DNA of 64,000 nt from Fuerstiella sp. (GTDB lineage Bacteria > Planctomycetota > Planctomycetia > Planctomycetales > Planctomycetaceae): NCBI GenBank assembly GCA_041688835.1, contig JBDNHJ010000047.1:334-64333 (forward strand), written 5' to 3'. Numbering within the stretch: position 1 is the stretch's first letter; the number at the start of each line of letters is the position of its first letter. This document shows positions 50,321 through 59,854 of this stretch, piece after piece. The notes below the pieces were generated by a model. That model was not told the origin of the DNA. It ran no database searches and saw nothing but the letters and a program-made list of their open reading frames with translations. The position numbers and the translations under genes were made by a program.

Positions 50321-51823
50321 ATGAACACTTACCGACTTACCGCGTGTCTGGCGCTCTTGCTGCTGTTGAAAATGCCGACCCTCACTGCGGACGATGATCA
50401 GCAGACCATCGAAATCGGATCCGGCCGCGAACTGTTCGTGGATGATTTTCTTGTTGAGAAGTTGGTGGGCAGCGCCACCCAAAAACTGCATCATCCGCAG
50501 GCCCGCGAGATCGTGATGACGCATGACGAACCCTGGGAAGGCAGCGGCAGTAACTATCACACGGTTTTCAAGGACGGCGATCGCTATCGGATGTATTACC
50601 GTGGAGCGCAGTTCGACCTGAAAGCCGGCAAGCTGTCAGAACCACATCCGCAGGTGACGTGTTATGCGGAAAGCCAGGACGGCATTCACTGGGAGAAGCC
50701 GGATCTGGGGCTGTTCGAATTTGAAGGCTCGAAAGACAATAACATCATCCTGACTGCGGTTCGGTCGACTCACAATTTCTCACCCTTCAAAGACACTCGA
50801 CCCGGCGTGCCGCAGGATCAGCAATACAAGGCACTGGCTTATGCGGTGGGAAAGAAGGGACTCGCTGCGTATGTCTCCGCAGATGGAATTCGCTGGCGGC
50901 TGCTGGTGGAAAAACCTGTTATTACCGAGGGAGCGTTCGATTCCCAGAACCTGGCTTTCTGGGACGCGCCGCGTGGCGAGTATCGAGCCTACTATCGAGA
51001 CTTCCAGAATGGAACTCGAACGATGCGCACTTCGGTGTCAAAGGATTTTGTAACATGGCAGGGCGGCGACTGGGTGACCTACGGTGACTCGCCTAAGGCT
51101 CAACTTTATACGAACCAGATTCAGCCATATCCGCGAGCGCCCCACCTACTCATTGGCCTACCGACACGATACGTCGATCGTGGTTGGACGGGATCGATGA
51201 AAGAGCTGCCGGAACTTCAGCATCGCGAACTGCGTGCATCCGCGAGTCGGCGTTACGGCACGGCACTGACCGATCTCATGTTGATGAGCAGTCGCGATGG
51301 CCAGGACTTTTATCGCTGGAACGAGGCGTTTCTCCGGCCCGGCCCCGAACGCCCCGGCACCTGGAACTACGGGCAATTATACACGGCCTGCGGTCTGGTT
51401 CAGACGGCTCCCACGATTGAAGGAGAGGCGGATGAATTATCGCTGTATGCCGTCGAAGGCCATTGGACGGATGCGAGTCTGAGTCTTCGGCGATACACCC
51501 TTCGGATCGATGGCTTCGCTTCGATCAACGCCACTGGCGATGGGGGTGAGTTGCAAACGCGGCCGGTTATTTTTTCCGGCAACAAAATGGTGTTAAATCT
51601 GGCGACTTCGGCGGTCGGATTCATCAAGGTTGTATTGCAGGACATCGACTACAAAGAGATCAAGGGCTTCGGCATCAAAGACGCTGAACCCATCTTCGGC
51701 GACGCGATTGAACGCGAAGTCAGGTGGAAGGGCAATCCGGATCTGAGCAAACTCGCCGGCCGCCCCGTTCGGATACGATTCGTGCTCAACGAAGCTGACC
51801 TCTACTCGTTTCAATTTAAGTAA
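50321..51823 (+). CDS. secreted beta-propeller glycoside hydrolase-like protein
   Basis: Signal peptide; 'RELFVDDFL', 'YAESQDGIHWEKP', 'SADGIRW', 'FDSQN', 'LRIDGFAS', 'ADLYSFQF'. Confidence 0.8.
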   Translation: MNTYRLTACLALLLLLKMPTLTADDDQQTIEIGSGRELFVDDFLVEKLVGSATQKLHHPQAREIVMTHDEPWEGSGSNYHTVFKDGDRYRMYYRGAQFDLKAGKLSEPHPQVTCYAESQDGIHWEKPDLGLFEFEGSKDNNIILTAVRSTHNFSPFKDTRPGVPQDQQYKALAYAVGKKGLAAYVSADGIRWRLLVEKPVITEGAFDSQNLAFWDAPRGEYRAYYRDFQNGTRTMRTSVSKDFVTWQGGDWVTYGDSPKAQLYTNQIQPYPRAPHLLIGLPTRYVDRGWTGSMKELPELQHRELRASASRRYGTALTDLMLMSSRDGQDFYRWNEAFLRPGPERPGTWNYGQLYTACGLVQTAPTIEGEADELSLYAVEGHWTDASLSLRRYTLRIDGFASINATGDGGELQTRPVIFSGNKMVLNLATSAVGFIKVVLQDIDYKEIKGFGIKDAEPIFGDAIEREVRWKGNPDLSKLAGRPVRIRFVLNEADLYSFQFK

Positions 51824-51854
51824 GTAAACAACGAATTACGTGTGACGATGTGCT

Positions 51855-51980
51855 TTAGCGACAGCGAACGAATAATACGCGTAGCGGAACTCGTCAAGAG
51901 TTTCGATCACACCTGAAAACGAAAGTCTTGACGACTTCCGCTACGGTTAAACTCGCGTTTTATTGTCTCGCTGTCGCTAA
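51855..51980. repeat. nested element: family A REPIN (51880-51945) inside an outer inverted repeat
   Basis: Outer arms TTAGCGACAGCGA / TCGCTGTCGCTAA; inner CGTAGCGGAACTCGTCAAGAGTTTCG...CGAAAGTCTTGACGACTTCCGCTACG. Confidence 0.85.
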
Positions 51981-52080
51981 GCTCGCCAAGTGCAAGATCG
52001 CTGAAAACGATAACGGGCCGAGGATCGATTGATTGATTCTCTCTCCCCATCTCTCTCTTCAAGCTTAACCAAGGTAGTCT

Positions 52081-53502
52081 ATGTTTAATCTAGTTCGTTG
52101 TTTCGCAATCGTTCTCATGCTCGGGTTCGTCTCTGTTCTCGACGCCGCAGAGCCGTTGGCGATCGGATCGCGTCTGGAGCCGTTGGTCGATGATTTCCTG
52201 ATCTCGGACATGAGCGGCGATGTGCATCAGCAGTTGCATCAACCGACGCCGCACGAAGTCGTGCTGGTCACTGGTGAGCCATGGGAAGGTAACATCAGTA
52301 ACTACTTCACCGTTTTCCAAGACGATGATCGATATCGGATGTACTATCGAGGACGGCACTTAGGCAAAGGGAATGGGAACACGGAGCACCCCGAATTCAC
52401 GTGCTATGCTGAGAGCACCGATGGTATCCACTGGACCAAACCTGATCTCGGCATCGTCGAGTTTAATGGTTCCAAGCACAACAACATTATCCTTAAAGGA
52501 CTCGGCACTCATTGTTTTGTCGGGTTCAAGGACACTCGCCCCGATTGCCCACCGGAATCAAAATACAAGGGTCTCTCGCGAGGTGCCTACAAAGAGACCG
52601 AGCGAGGTGGTTATATCGGGAAAAACTCACTGTACATCTTCGAGTCCGCTGATGGGATTCATTGGTCGTTGATGGTGGATCATCCGGTGATTACGAAGGG
52701 GGCTTTCGATTCACAGAACGTCGCGTTTTGGGATTCGTTCAGCAAACGATACGTTGAATACCACCGCACATTCACGAAAGGTAGACGAACGATCGTCATG
52801 TGTCAGTCGACGGATTATGTCAATTGGACCGATCCAGTGCCGCTAGAATACCCTGGTTCTCCGGCGCAGCAGTTGTATACCAACGCGATTCGACTTTATC
52901 CAGGAGCGGACCACATTCGCATTGGTTTCCCGACTCGCTATCTTCCCAAAGAAGGACAACGTGTCGAACCGCTGTTCATGTCCAGTCGCGATGGAATGAG
53001 TTTTAATCGCTAGGATGAGCCGGTGATTCCGGGGACGGCTCCGGAGGACCGCATGGGCAATCGAAGTAACTACATGGCCCATGGGCTGGTTTCGCTTCCA
53101 GGCAATGACCGTGAGTGGTCGGTTTACGCGACGGAGGCGCGTGGCGAAGGCCCCGATACTCGGCTGCGGCGGTTCACGTACCGCGTCGATGGATTCGTCT
53201 CGGTTCGTGCTGGCAACGAGGGTGGTGATTTGCTGACCAAACCGCTGACGTTCCGTGGCGAGACGTTAAAACTTAACTTTGCGACGCGGGATGGTGGCCA
53301 AATTCGCGTCCGTTTGGAATCGCCCAGCGGGGAGATGTTGGCTCAATCGGAGTTGCTCACCGGCGACGAGATTGCTCATCGCGTTCAATGGCAGGCGGGC
53401 ACGGATCTTCAAACATTTCAGGGGCAAACGGTTCGACTGCGTTTCGCGATGAGGAACGCTGACCTCTACTCGATTCAGTTTGGACCGGCCACTAACGAAT
53501 AA
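52081..53502 (+). pseudogene. paralog of 50321-51823 interrupted by an in-frame TAG at 53011-53013
   Basis: ORFs 52081-53013 and 53023-53502 share a frame; 'SFNR*DEP' aligns to the paralog's 'DFYRWNEA'. Confidence 0.85.
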
Positions 53503-53761
53503 GGCATGCGTGCTCTGGCCGCAGCAATCACCTGACCTCGGCCTTGATCGGTCAGCAATATACCGCGCCCTTCGACAAGGGGCATGTTGTCCCAAAGACA
53601 GTCGTAGCGCCGCTAACCCCGGAGCAGATCGACAAGCAGTTTCAAGCCGACTTGCCAACCGTCGGCTACCGCCGACGGCAAAAGTCTGTCGTCCCTGCCG
53701 GGACTGAATCGCACGAACCAAAGTTCATACCCGACACACAGCACGGAACGCGTAGACTCTG

Positions 53762-53807
53762 CTCTTGACGAGTTCCGCTACGGCTTTTATTCATTCGCTG
53801 TCGCTAA
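53762..53807. repeat. right half of the nested family A element
   Basis: CTCTTGACGAGTTCCGCTACG followed by TTATTCATTCGCTGTCGCTAA, as at 51925-51980. Confidence 0.8.
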
Positions 53808-53846
53808 CAGCCGGGAATTCACGAAGCTATCGATAAGAAGTGCTGC

Positions 53847-55379
53847 TCAATCGGCGGCGGCGATGCGAAAGTTCCGCAGCGCGATCGTCGGCCCTTTGGC
53901 GATCACTTCCTCTAAAAACACGAATGTGACTTCACCATCGTTGGTGGCTGCGTCGAACTTGAAGGTGTATCGCTGAGGACTGAAATCACGAGCGAGAACT
54001 GAGTACAGTCCGTCCTCCTGCCCCTTCTGAGGCAACTTGAAAATCAGGCCGCTGTCGTCGCCGCTGGCCTTTGCCTCGAACTGAACGGTGTACTCTCGAC
54101 CTGTTTCGAGCTTCGATGAGGCCAGATTCATTTTCACAACCGCCAGCTCTTTGCCCGCGCACTTTCCGAGGTCGACTGTGTAGACACCATCGGCATCGAA
54201 TCGCGGTTGTTCGCTGGCGTACGGCGGATACCAAAACAGCAAGTCCGGTCGTCGAGGAAACAGGTTGTCGTTTTCGGTCGACTTGGGCTCAAATTGCAAT
54301 GTCTCCCGGCGACCAATCAAGCTGATCGAATACGCGGGCAGCGTTGCCGTCTTGTCCGTGACCATCGCCGCTTGAGTCAATGGCGTGGAAAGAGGCAGTT
54401 TGCGATCGGGCTGGCAATCGATCAAAAGTCTAAGCAGCGACCGGTCGTTGTCCGTAGTGGATTTTGCTAAAGAGCCTGTCGCGGAAGGATCTTTAGCAAG
54501 ATCCACTAGCTCTGGAAGCGTCACGTCACGGCTTTTCTCACCCCGATTCAAAACGAACAAACGAATGTCACTCTCGTGCTGGGTCGCGAAGCCGCGCAGA
54601 TCATCGGTCGCAAACTCAATCGGGCGCAAGCTGTCTGCATCGGCGAAGGTTGTCCCGAGCAGACGGAACAGTTCGTACGACGCATTCGTTTCGATTTTGC
54701 CGGAGTTGTCGTCAATGAAGAATGGCCCAAAACGCGCGTCGTAGAAGGCATGAAACGTGGCGATGTCAATCGAATCGCGATGCTCAATGAAACTCGTGAA
54801 CATCGCGGCGATGTATTTTTGCACATCGGCCAGCGAACGACCGTCCCAATAAGGTTCATTCGCCATTTCGACTGCGGTGACTTTCGAGCCCAACGAATCG
54901 AGTTTCTCAAACAGTGCCAACACACTGTCGGGTATTTCGTCGTACACGTTCAACACCCAGATCGGCGACACTCCGTTGCGGCGAACAGCACGAGAGAACC
55001 CTTCCACGTCGTAAGGCTTGCCGATTTTACGAAACAGTCGCAAATTTTCTCCCGCCCAACCGGTCTTGTCATTCGTCGGCGGCGAAAACGAGTCTTCTTT
55101 CCACGGGTAGTTGTTCGCCAACGTCCCGCCGGGGAAACGCAATCCCTGCGGCCTGAGTTCCCGAACAGTCTGTTCAAATTGCGGGCTGTCATAGCCAACG
55201 CCACGAAACATAATCGCCGTCGCCATGTCCGCATTGAAGGTGTAAAGCTGCCGAGGTAACGGTTCCGCTGGACCGAGATTGACAGCGATCCTTTGCGCCG
55301 ACACTTCGCCAGCGGTGCAGAGAACGTAGGCGATGATAACAAGTCGGGCGGAAGGTCGAACGAGTAACGGATGTGGCAT
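53847..55379 (-). CDS. secreted clan GH-A-like glycoside hydrolase, possibly internally deleted
   Basis: 'LRFPGGTLANNY' and 'VEMANEPY' (acid/base NE); the barrel after this motif looks too short. Confidence 0.6.
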   Translation of the reverse strand: MPHPLLVRPSARLVIIAYVLCTAGEVSAQRIAVNLGPAEPLPRQLYTFNADMATAIMFRGVGYDSPQFEQTVRELRPQGLRFPGGTLANNYPWKEDSFSPPTNDKTGWAGENLRLFRKIGKPYDVEGFSRAVRRNGVSPIWVLNVYDEIPDSVLALFEKLDSLGSKVTAVEMANEPYWDGRSLADVQKYIAAMFTSFIEHRDSIDIATFHAFYDARFGPFFIDDNSGKIETNASYELFRLLGTTFADADSLRPIEFATDDLRGFATQHESDIRLFVLNRGEKSRDVTLPELVDLAKDPSATGSLAKSTTDNDRSLLRLLIDCQPDRKLPLSTPLTQAAMVTDKTATLPAYSISLIGRRETLQFEPKSTENDNLFPRRPDLLFWYPPYASEQPRFDADGVYTVDLGKCAGKELAVVKMNLASSKLETGREYTVQFEAKASGDDSGLIFKLPQKGQEDGLYSVLARDFSPQRYTFKFDAATNDGEVTFVFLEEVIAKGPTIALRNFRIAAAD

Positions 55380-55857
55380 AATGGCAATCGTGATTTGAAG
55401 TTGAAAGCATCCATTGTAGCGATATCGAGGGAGTGCAACTGCGGCGTCGAATCGGCTTTAGCTCTGGAAGCTTAAAAAACAATGAACGAGCGCAACACGC
55501 TGTTTCCGCATTGCTCGCCTGACTGGCATTCCGGCACAACTTCAGAATCCAGTCCGACTGCTGGGAGCGACATACGATCCGCTTGGAAAGCTTGGACTTC
55601 GCCAATTCCCGCGCGTCGAAATGCGAGCGGCAGATGAGTTCTCACCCATGTCTCAGAAATTCTGATCTGCCGATCACTAAACATTTGCATCATCCTGTCA
55701 TGGTCAAACATGGTATCTGCGCAGTGACCGATGTGCTTGTTGGGCGCAGACTGATGGAAACGACCATAGAATTTGGCTTCTTGGAAAAATCGTCTCTCGC
55801 CGTGTCAGAAACACATCTATGCGGGATTAGGTACGATAGCCGCCTGTGGAGGATGTT

Positions 55858-56481
55858 GTGCCCGAGTTTCCTGAAACCAACGAAAGCCTGATTGCTCGGG
55901 TTCGCGATCCGTCGAATCGAGCGGCGTGGGATGAGTTCGAACAACTCTACCGGCCCGTCGTGTTTCGAATCGCGCGGGCTCGAGGACTACAACATGCCGA
56001 TGCTCTGGATCTGGTGCAGCAGGTTTTACTGTCGGTGGCGGCCGCCATTGATCGCTACGAACAGCGCAGCGACGGAACTCGGTTTCGCAATTGGCTGAAC
56101 CGCATCACGCGAAACGCAATTCTGAAAGCGCTGACCCGCAGGCCGTTGGATAAAGCGGTCGGAGGATCGCGAATTCTGGATGTGCTGTCGGAATTTCCGG
56201 CTGCCGATCCCGACACCAGTGCCTTGATCGAACTCGAATACCGTCGCGAACTGTTTCAGCGCGCGGCCGCGCAGGTCCGCAACGAGGTTCACGAAATCAC
56301 GTGGCTGGCGTTTGAACAAACGGTGCTGAACCAGGCCACCATCGCACGGGCGGCGGAAACGTTGGGCGTTTCGACGGGCAGCATCTATGCCGCACGCAGT
56401 CGAGTGATGCGCCGCCTTCGCGACGCTGTGCGGCAACTGGAAGATTCCAAAATGGAGAACGATGACCATGCAACCGACTGA
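55858..56481 (+). CDS. ECF sigma-70 factor of the kinase-associated planctomycete type
   Basis: GGAGGA RBS + GTG; 'TNESLIARVR...AAWDEFEQLYRP...DLVQQV...FRNWL...LGVSTGSIYAARSRV'. Confidence 0.9.
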   Translation: MPEFPETNESLIARVRDPSNRAAWDEFEQLYRPVVFRIARARGLQHADALDLVQQVLLSVAAAIDRYEQRSDGTRFRNWLNRITRNAILKALTRRPLDKAVGGSRILDVLSEFPAADPDTSALIELEYRRELFQRAAAQVRNEVHEITWLAFEQTVLNQATIARAAETLGVSTGSIYAARSRVMRRLRDAVRQLEDSKMENDDHATD

Positions 56482-59400
56482 ACATGCCTGCGATTCGCAG
56501 CGAATTGAAGACTACCTCAGCGACCAACTGACCAAGGCGGCTCAAGCGGATTTCGAACAGCATCTGAGCGGCTGCGATGCCTGTCGACAGGAACTGCAGG
56601 GTCGAGCGGCGGAACCGGAAATGTGGAGCGACGCTGTCTGTCTGCTCGGTCAGAGTTCCACGGCGGAGCCGCATGATGAACATCACGATGCCGATTCGGA
56701 TGGGCAAAGTCGCCGGGCACTCAGCGTGCTGGATTCGCTGAACCCCACCGACGATCCGGAAATGCTGGGGCGGATCGGCGAGTACGAAATCAGCGGCGTT
56801 GTTGGTGTCGGTGGAATGGGAGCGGTGTTGAAAGGCTTCGATAAATCGCTGCGGCGCGTGGTGGCAATCAAAGTCATGGCCCCGCATCTGGCCGGCAGCG
56901 GTTCTGCTCGAACTCGCTTTCAACGCGAAGCTCGTGCAGCAGCCGCGATCACGCATGACAATGTGATCGACATCTATAGCGTGTCGGAAGCCAACGGCTT
57001 GCCGTACTTGGTCATGCCTTACGCCCGAGGTCCTTCACTGCAGAAACGTATCGACGACGGCGGTCCGTTGTCGGCCATCCAAGTCGTTCGTATTGCTCGG
57101 CAAATTGCGTCCGGTTTAGCGGCCGCTCATGAACAGGGGCTGGTTCACCGCGACATCAAACCGGCAAATATTCTGTTGAGCGAAGGGATCGAGCGACTGT
57201 GGATCACCGACTTCGGTGTGGCTCGAGCGATGGATGATGCCTCAATGACGCAGACGGGTGTGATCGCTGGAACGCCGCAGTACATGTCACCCGAACAGGC
57301 GCGCGGGGAATCGGTGGACCCGCGCAGCGATCTGTTTAGTTTGGGAAGCATTCTGTACACGGCGTGTACGGGCAGGCCGCCGTTTCGTTCAGAAGCGGCG
57401 TACGGAATTCTGCGGCGAATCACGGACAGCGATCCGCGTCCGATTCGTGAAATCAATCCGGACATTCCGCTGTGGTTGTGTCACTTTATCGATCGACTGA
57501 TGGCCAAACATCCGGCCGATCGTTTCGAAACGGCCGAAGAAGTGGCCGAAGTGCTGGACACGTGTCTGGCTCATTTGCAGCAGCCGACTCAGATTGAACT
57601 TCCATCCTGCGTCGTGGTCCCGATGCAAGCTCAGGCGGCTTCCCGGTTACAAACCAACGATTCACAAATGCGCGGTGCTGTGCCGCGTGCTGCGAAGATT
57701 CCACGGACAGGAGTTTGGCTGATGGTCGCAACATTACTCACGGCAAGTCTGAGTGTTTTAGCGCTGCAGATGACTGCTCCGGCGGATATCTCGGGAAACT
57801 GGGCCGGTGAAGACTGGCAACAGGTGTCTCTGTCATCGGTTGCCGAAGCGGCCGACTGGTACACAGGGACTTTGACCGATCAAGACGGACGTCAGGGGGC
57901 GTTGCAGTTGGAATGGTCGCGCGTGCAGCGACGCTATAACGGCCGCTGGAAAATGGGCGACGGTCATAGCGGTTCGATCACGCTGCGAGTTGGTGATGCC
58001 GGAGAAGTCCGCGGTGCCGTTTCCGTGGACGCCGATTCTACCACGGAGTCAGCCGATGCTCGCCTGAGAGAATTCCGCTGGCGTCGTTCCAGCGAACCGA
58101 TCGCGGAAACTGCCGCTGCACCGAGTGTGTGGAAACGCGAGGGAACGCCACAATCGATCGAATCGCCGATCAAGGGTGTCATCGTCCGCTGGGGCGACGG
58201 GATTGTTGAGAACGCTCGCGTGACGAAAGGACAGTTCATCTGTGAAATTCAAGGCGCCGACTCCGGTTATAAAGCTCGGCTCAAAGACCAGTGGGCAGCG
58301 TCTGAAAGCCGGGTTGAAGCCACGGAAACTGTTCTGGAAGTGACTAAACGAAACCTAGAAGCCGCGACGGTAATCGTCGCCTCACAGGAATCTCAGTTGA
58401 ATTCGTACGTAGCGGTGAAAGAACAGATCGTGGCCGGTGCTGACGCCGATATCGCTTCCGCAAAGAACAAAGTGGAAGCGGAACGGGCACAGCTTGAGGA
58501 GTACGAGGCTGCACTGATATTCACATCCGCTGACTACGACAGGGCGAAAGGTCTTGCGGAACAAAGCCTGCTCTCGGATCTAAAACTGCAGCAGGCCGAA
58601 CAAAAGTTCAAGGAAGCCGAAGCCAAAGTTAAGAAGTTGCAAGCTTACGTTCGTGCTGCAGAAAACGATGTGGTTTCCAAACAGAGTGATCGGAACGCTA
58701 AAGAACAGCGGGCGCAGGTCGACGTCAACTACAGCATGTCACTGCTGGCGAAAGCAAAAAAAGACGTCAGCACGGCCGAAGCAGATATCGCGAAAGCTCA
58801 GGCAGATCTGGCGAAAGCTAAGAAAGAACTAATCGAGATGCAGACGAAGCTGGCACAGCAGCAAACACAGCTTATTCGCTCGCCATTCGATGGATTCGTG
58901 ACGGAACTCGCGAATAACAATTCCAGTGCAATGCTCAAAGAAGGCGATCCGATCTGCAGGGTCTGGCCTGAGAATGCCGAGCCGGCAACGTCTGCCGCCG
59001 TGGTTCCGTCACAGCCAGTACCTCCGCAGCCCGAACCGACCCCGTTTGTCGGCAACTCACTGCCGGGATTCAGTGCGGCAGGATTGAATACGGCGGAAAC
59101 GATCGCAGCGAACTTCGGCCCGGCCAGTGACCTCGCGCGGCGGCTGCGGGACAGCCGTGCGCGGGTCGCGGGCAGGAAGAAGGACATCGAAAGGTGGGAG
59201 CCCAAACAGAGTCACATCGTAGCGCAACGACAGGCGATCGAGGAGCGAATGACTGACGCTGCGTCAAACACTGCTGATGACAACGCCAATGGCGACCCGC
59301 AGAAGTCTGCTTCAGAAGCAACGATGAATGGGCTTCGAAGTCAACTGAACGACCTGATCAATTTACAGCAGGCAATGGAAAAACAATCGCCGGCCAGACG

Positions 59401-59695
59401 AATCGCCCTCGATTCCGCACAACGGCAACTCGCTGAAACTGAAGCCGAACTCGATACAATTCTGAAGTTGCTGAACGCTCAGATCCAGGCTGCCGAAACC
59501 CGCGTGGCGACTCAGATAAAACTACGCGACATGACGCAGCGTGGATTCGACGTCGGAGATGGAGACCTCTATGACGTGTTGCGAGTCACACAATCCACCG
59601 ACGATGCCGCCGCCGAACTGCAGCAACTTAGGCTTCTGCTCGATTACAACAAACAGCTTGGCGGAGATGCCGAAACGGAAGCCGCAACAGACTGA
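56462..59695 (+). CDS. Ser/Thr kinase with N-terminal zf-HC2, TM helix and HlyD/membrane-fusion-protein-like extracytoplasmic region
   Basis: 'HLSGCDAC'; 'GVGGMGAV..VAIK..HRDIKPANIL..DFG..GTPQYMSPE'; TM; lipoyl halves 'IESPIKGVI..VTKGQFI' and 'IRSPFDGFV..LKEGDPI' around a coiled coil. Confidence 0.88.
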   Translation: MTMQPTEHACDSQRIEDYLSDQLTKAAQADFEQHLSGCDACRQELQGRAAEPEMWSDAVCLLGQSSTAEPHDEHHDADSDGQSRRALSVLDSLNPTDDPEMLGRIGEYEISGVVGVGGMGAVLKGFDKSLRRVVAIKVMAPHLAGSGSARTRFQREARAAAAITHDNVIDIYSVSEANGLPYLVMPYARGPSLQKRIDDGGPLSAIQVVRIARQIASGLAAAHEQGLVHRDIKPANILLSEGIERLWITDFGVARAMDDASMTQTGVIAGTPQYMSPEQARGESVDPRSDLFSLGSILYTACTGRPPFRSEAAYGILRRITDSDPRPIREINPDIPLWLCHFIDRLMAKHPADRFETAEEVAEVLDTCLAHLQQPTQIELPSCVVVPMQAQAASRLQTNDSQMRGAVPRAAKIPRTGVWLMVATLLTASLSVLALQMTAPADISGNWAGEDWQQVSLSSVAEAADWYTGTLTDQDGRQGALQLEWSRVQRRYNGRWKMGDGHSGSITLRVGDAGEVRGAVSVDADSTTESADARLREFRWRRSSEPIAETAAAPSVWKREGTPQSIESPIKGVIVRWGDGIVENARVTKGQFICEIQGADSGYKARLKDQWAASESRVEATETVLEVTKRNLEAATVIVASQESQLNSYVAVKEQIVAGADADIASAKNKVEAERAQLEEYEAALIFTSADYDRAKGLAEQSLLSDLKLQQAEQKFKEAEAKVKKLQAYVRAAENDVVSKQSDRNAKEQRAQVDVNYSMSLLAKAKKDVSTAEADIAKAQADLAKAKKELIEMQTKLAQQQTQLIRSPFDGFVTELANNNSSAMLKEGDPICRVWPENAEPATSAAVVPSQPVPPQPEPTPFVGNSLPGFSAAGLNTAETIAANFGPASDLARRLRDSRARVAGRKKDIERWEPKQSHIVAQRQAIEERMTDAASNTADDNANGDPQKSASEATMNGLRSQLNDLINLQQAMEKQSPARRIALDSAQRQLAETEAELDTILKLLNAQIQAAETRVATQIKLRDMTQRGFDVGDGDLYDVLRVTQSTDDAAAELQQLRLLLDYNKQLGGDAETEAATD

Positions 59696-59760
59696 CCTCA
59701 GCAAAGACGATCGGAATCGCAACTGACGTATCGGCGGCTTCTAGCCGCCGTCAAGTCTTT

Positions 59761-59824
59761 CGTAGCGGAAGTCGTCAAGACTTTCGTTGTTCAGTGTGGA
59801 CGAAACTCTTGACGAGTTTCGCGA
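59761..59824. repeat. family A REPIN copy 4 (right arm degenerate)
   Basis: CGTAGCGGAAGTCGTCAAGACTTTCG...CGAAACTCTTGACGAGTTTCGC between convergent genes; small hairpin CGGCGGCT/AGCCGCCG just upstream. Confidence 0.82.
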
Positions 59825-59854
59825 TCCTCAGTCATCAAATCAACAGCGTGGCCG

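Noticed and set aside
53011-53013. Pyrrolysine or genetic-code reassignment of TAG
   Set aside because: TAG ends many intact genes here, no pyl genes are present, and TGG to TAG is a single transition in a decaying region
22508-59824. Family A repeats as a CRISPR array
   Set aside because: Copies are dispersed inverted doublets kilobases apart, not direct repeats with regular spacers, and there are no cas genes
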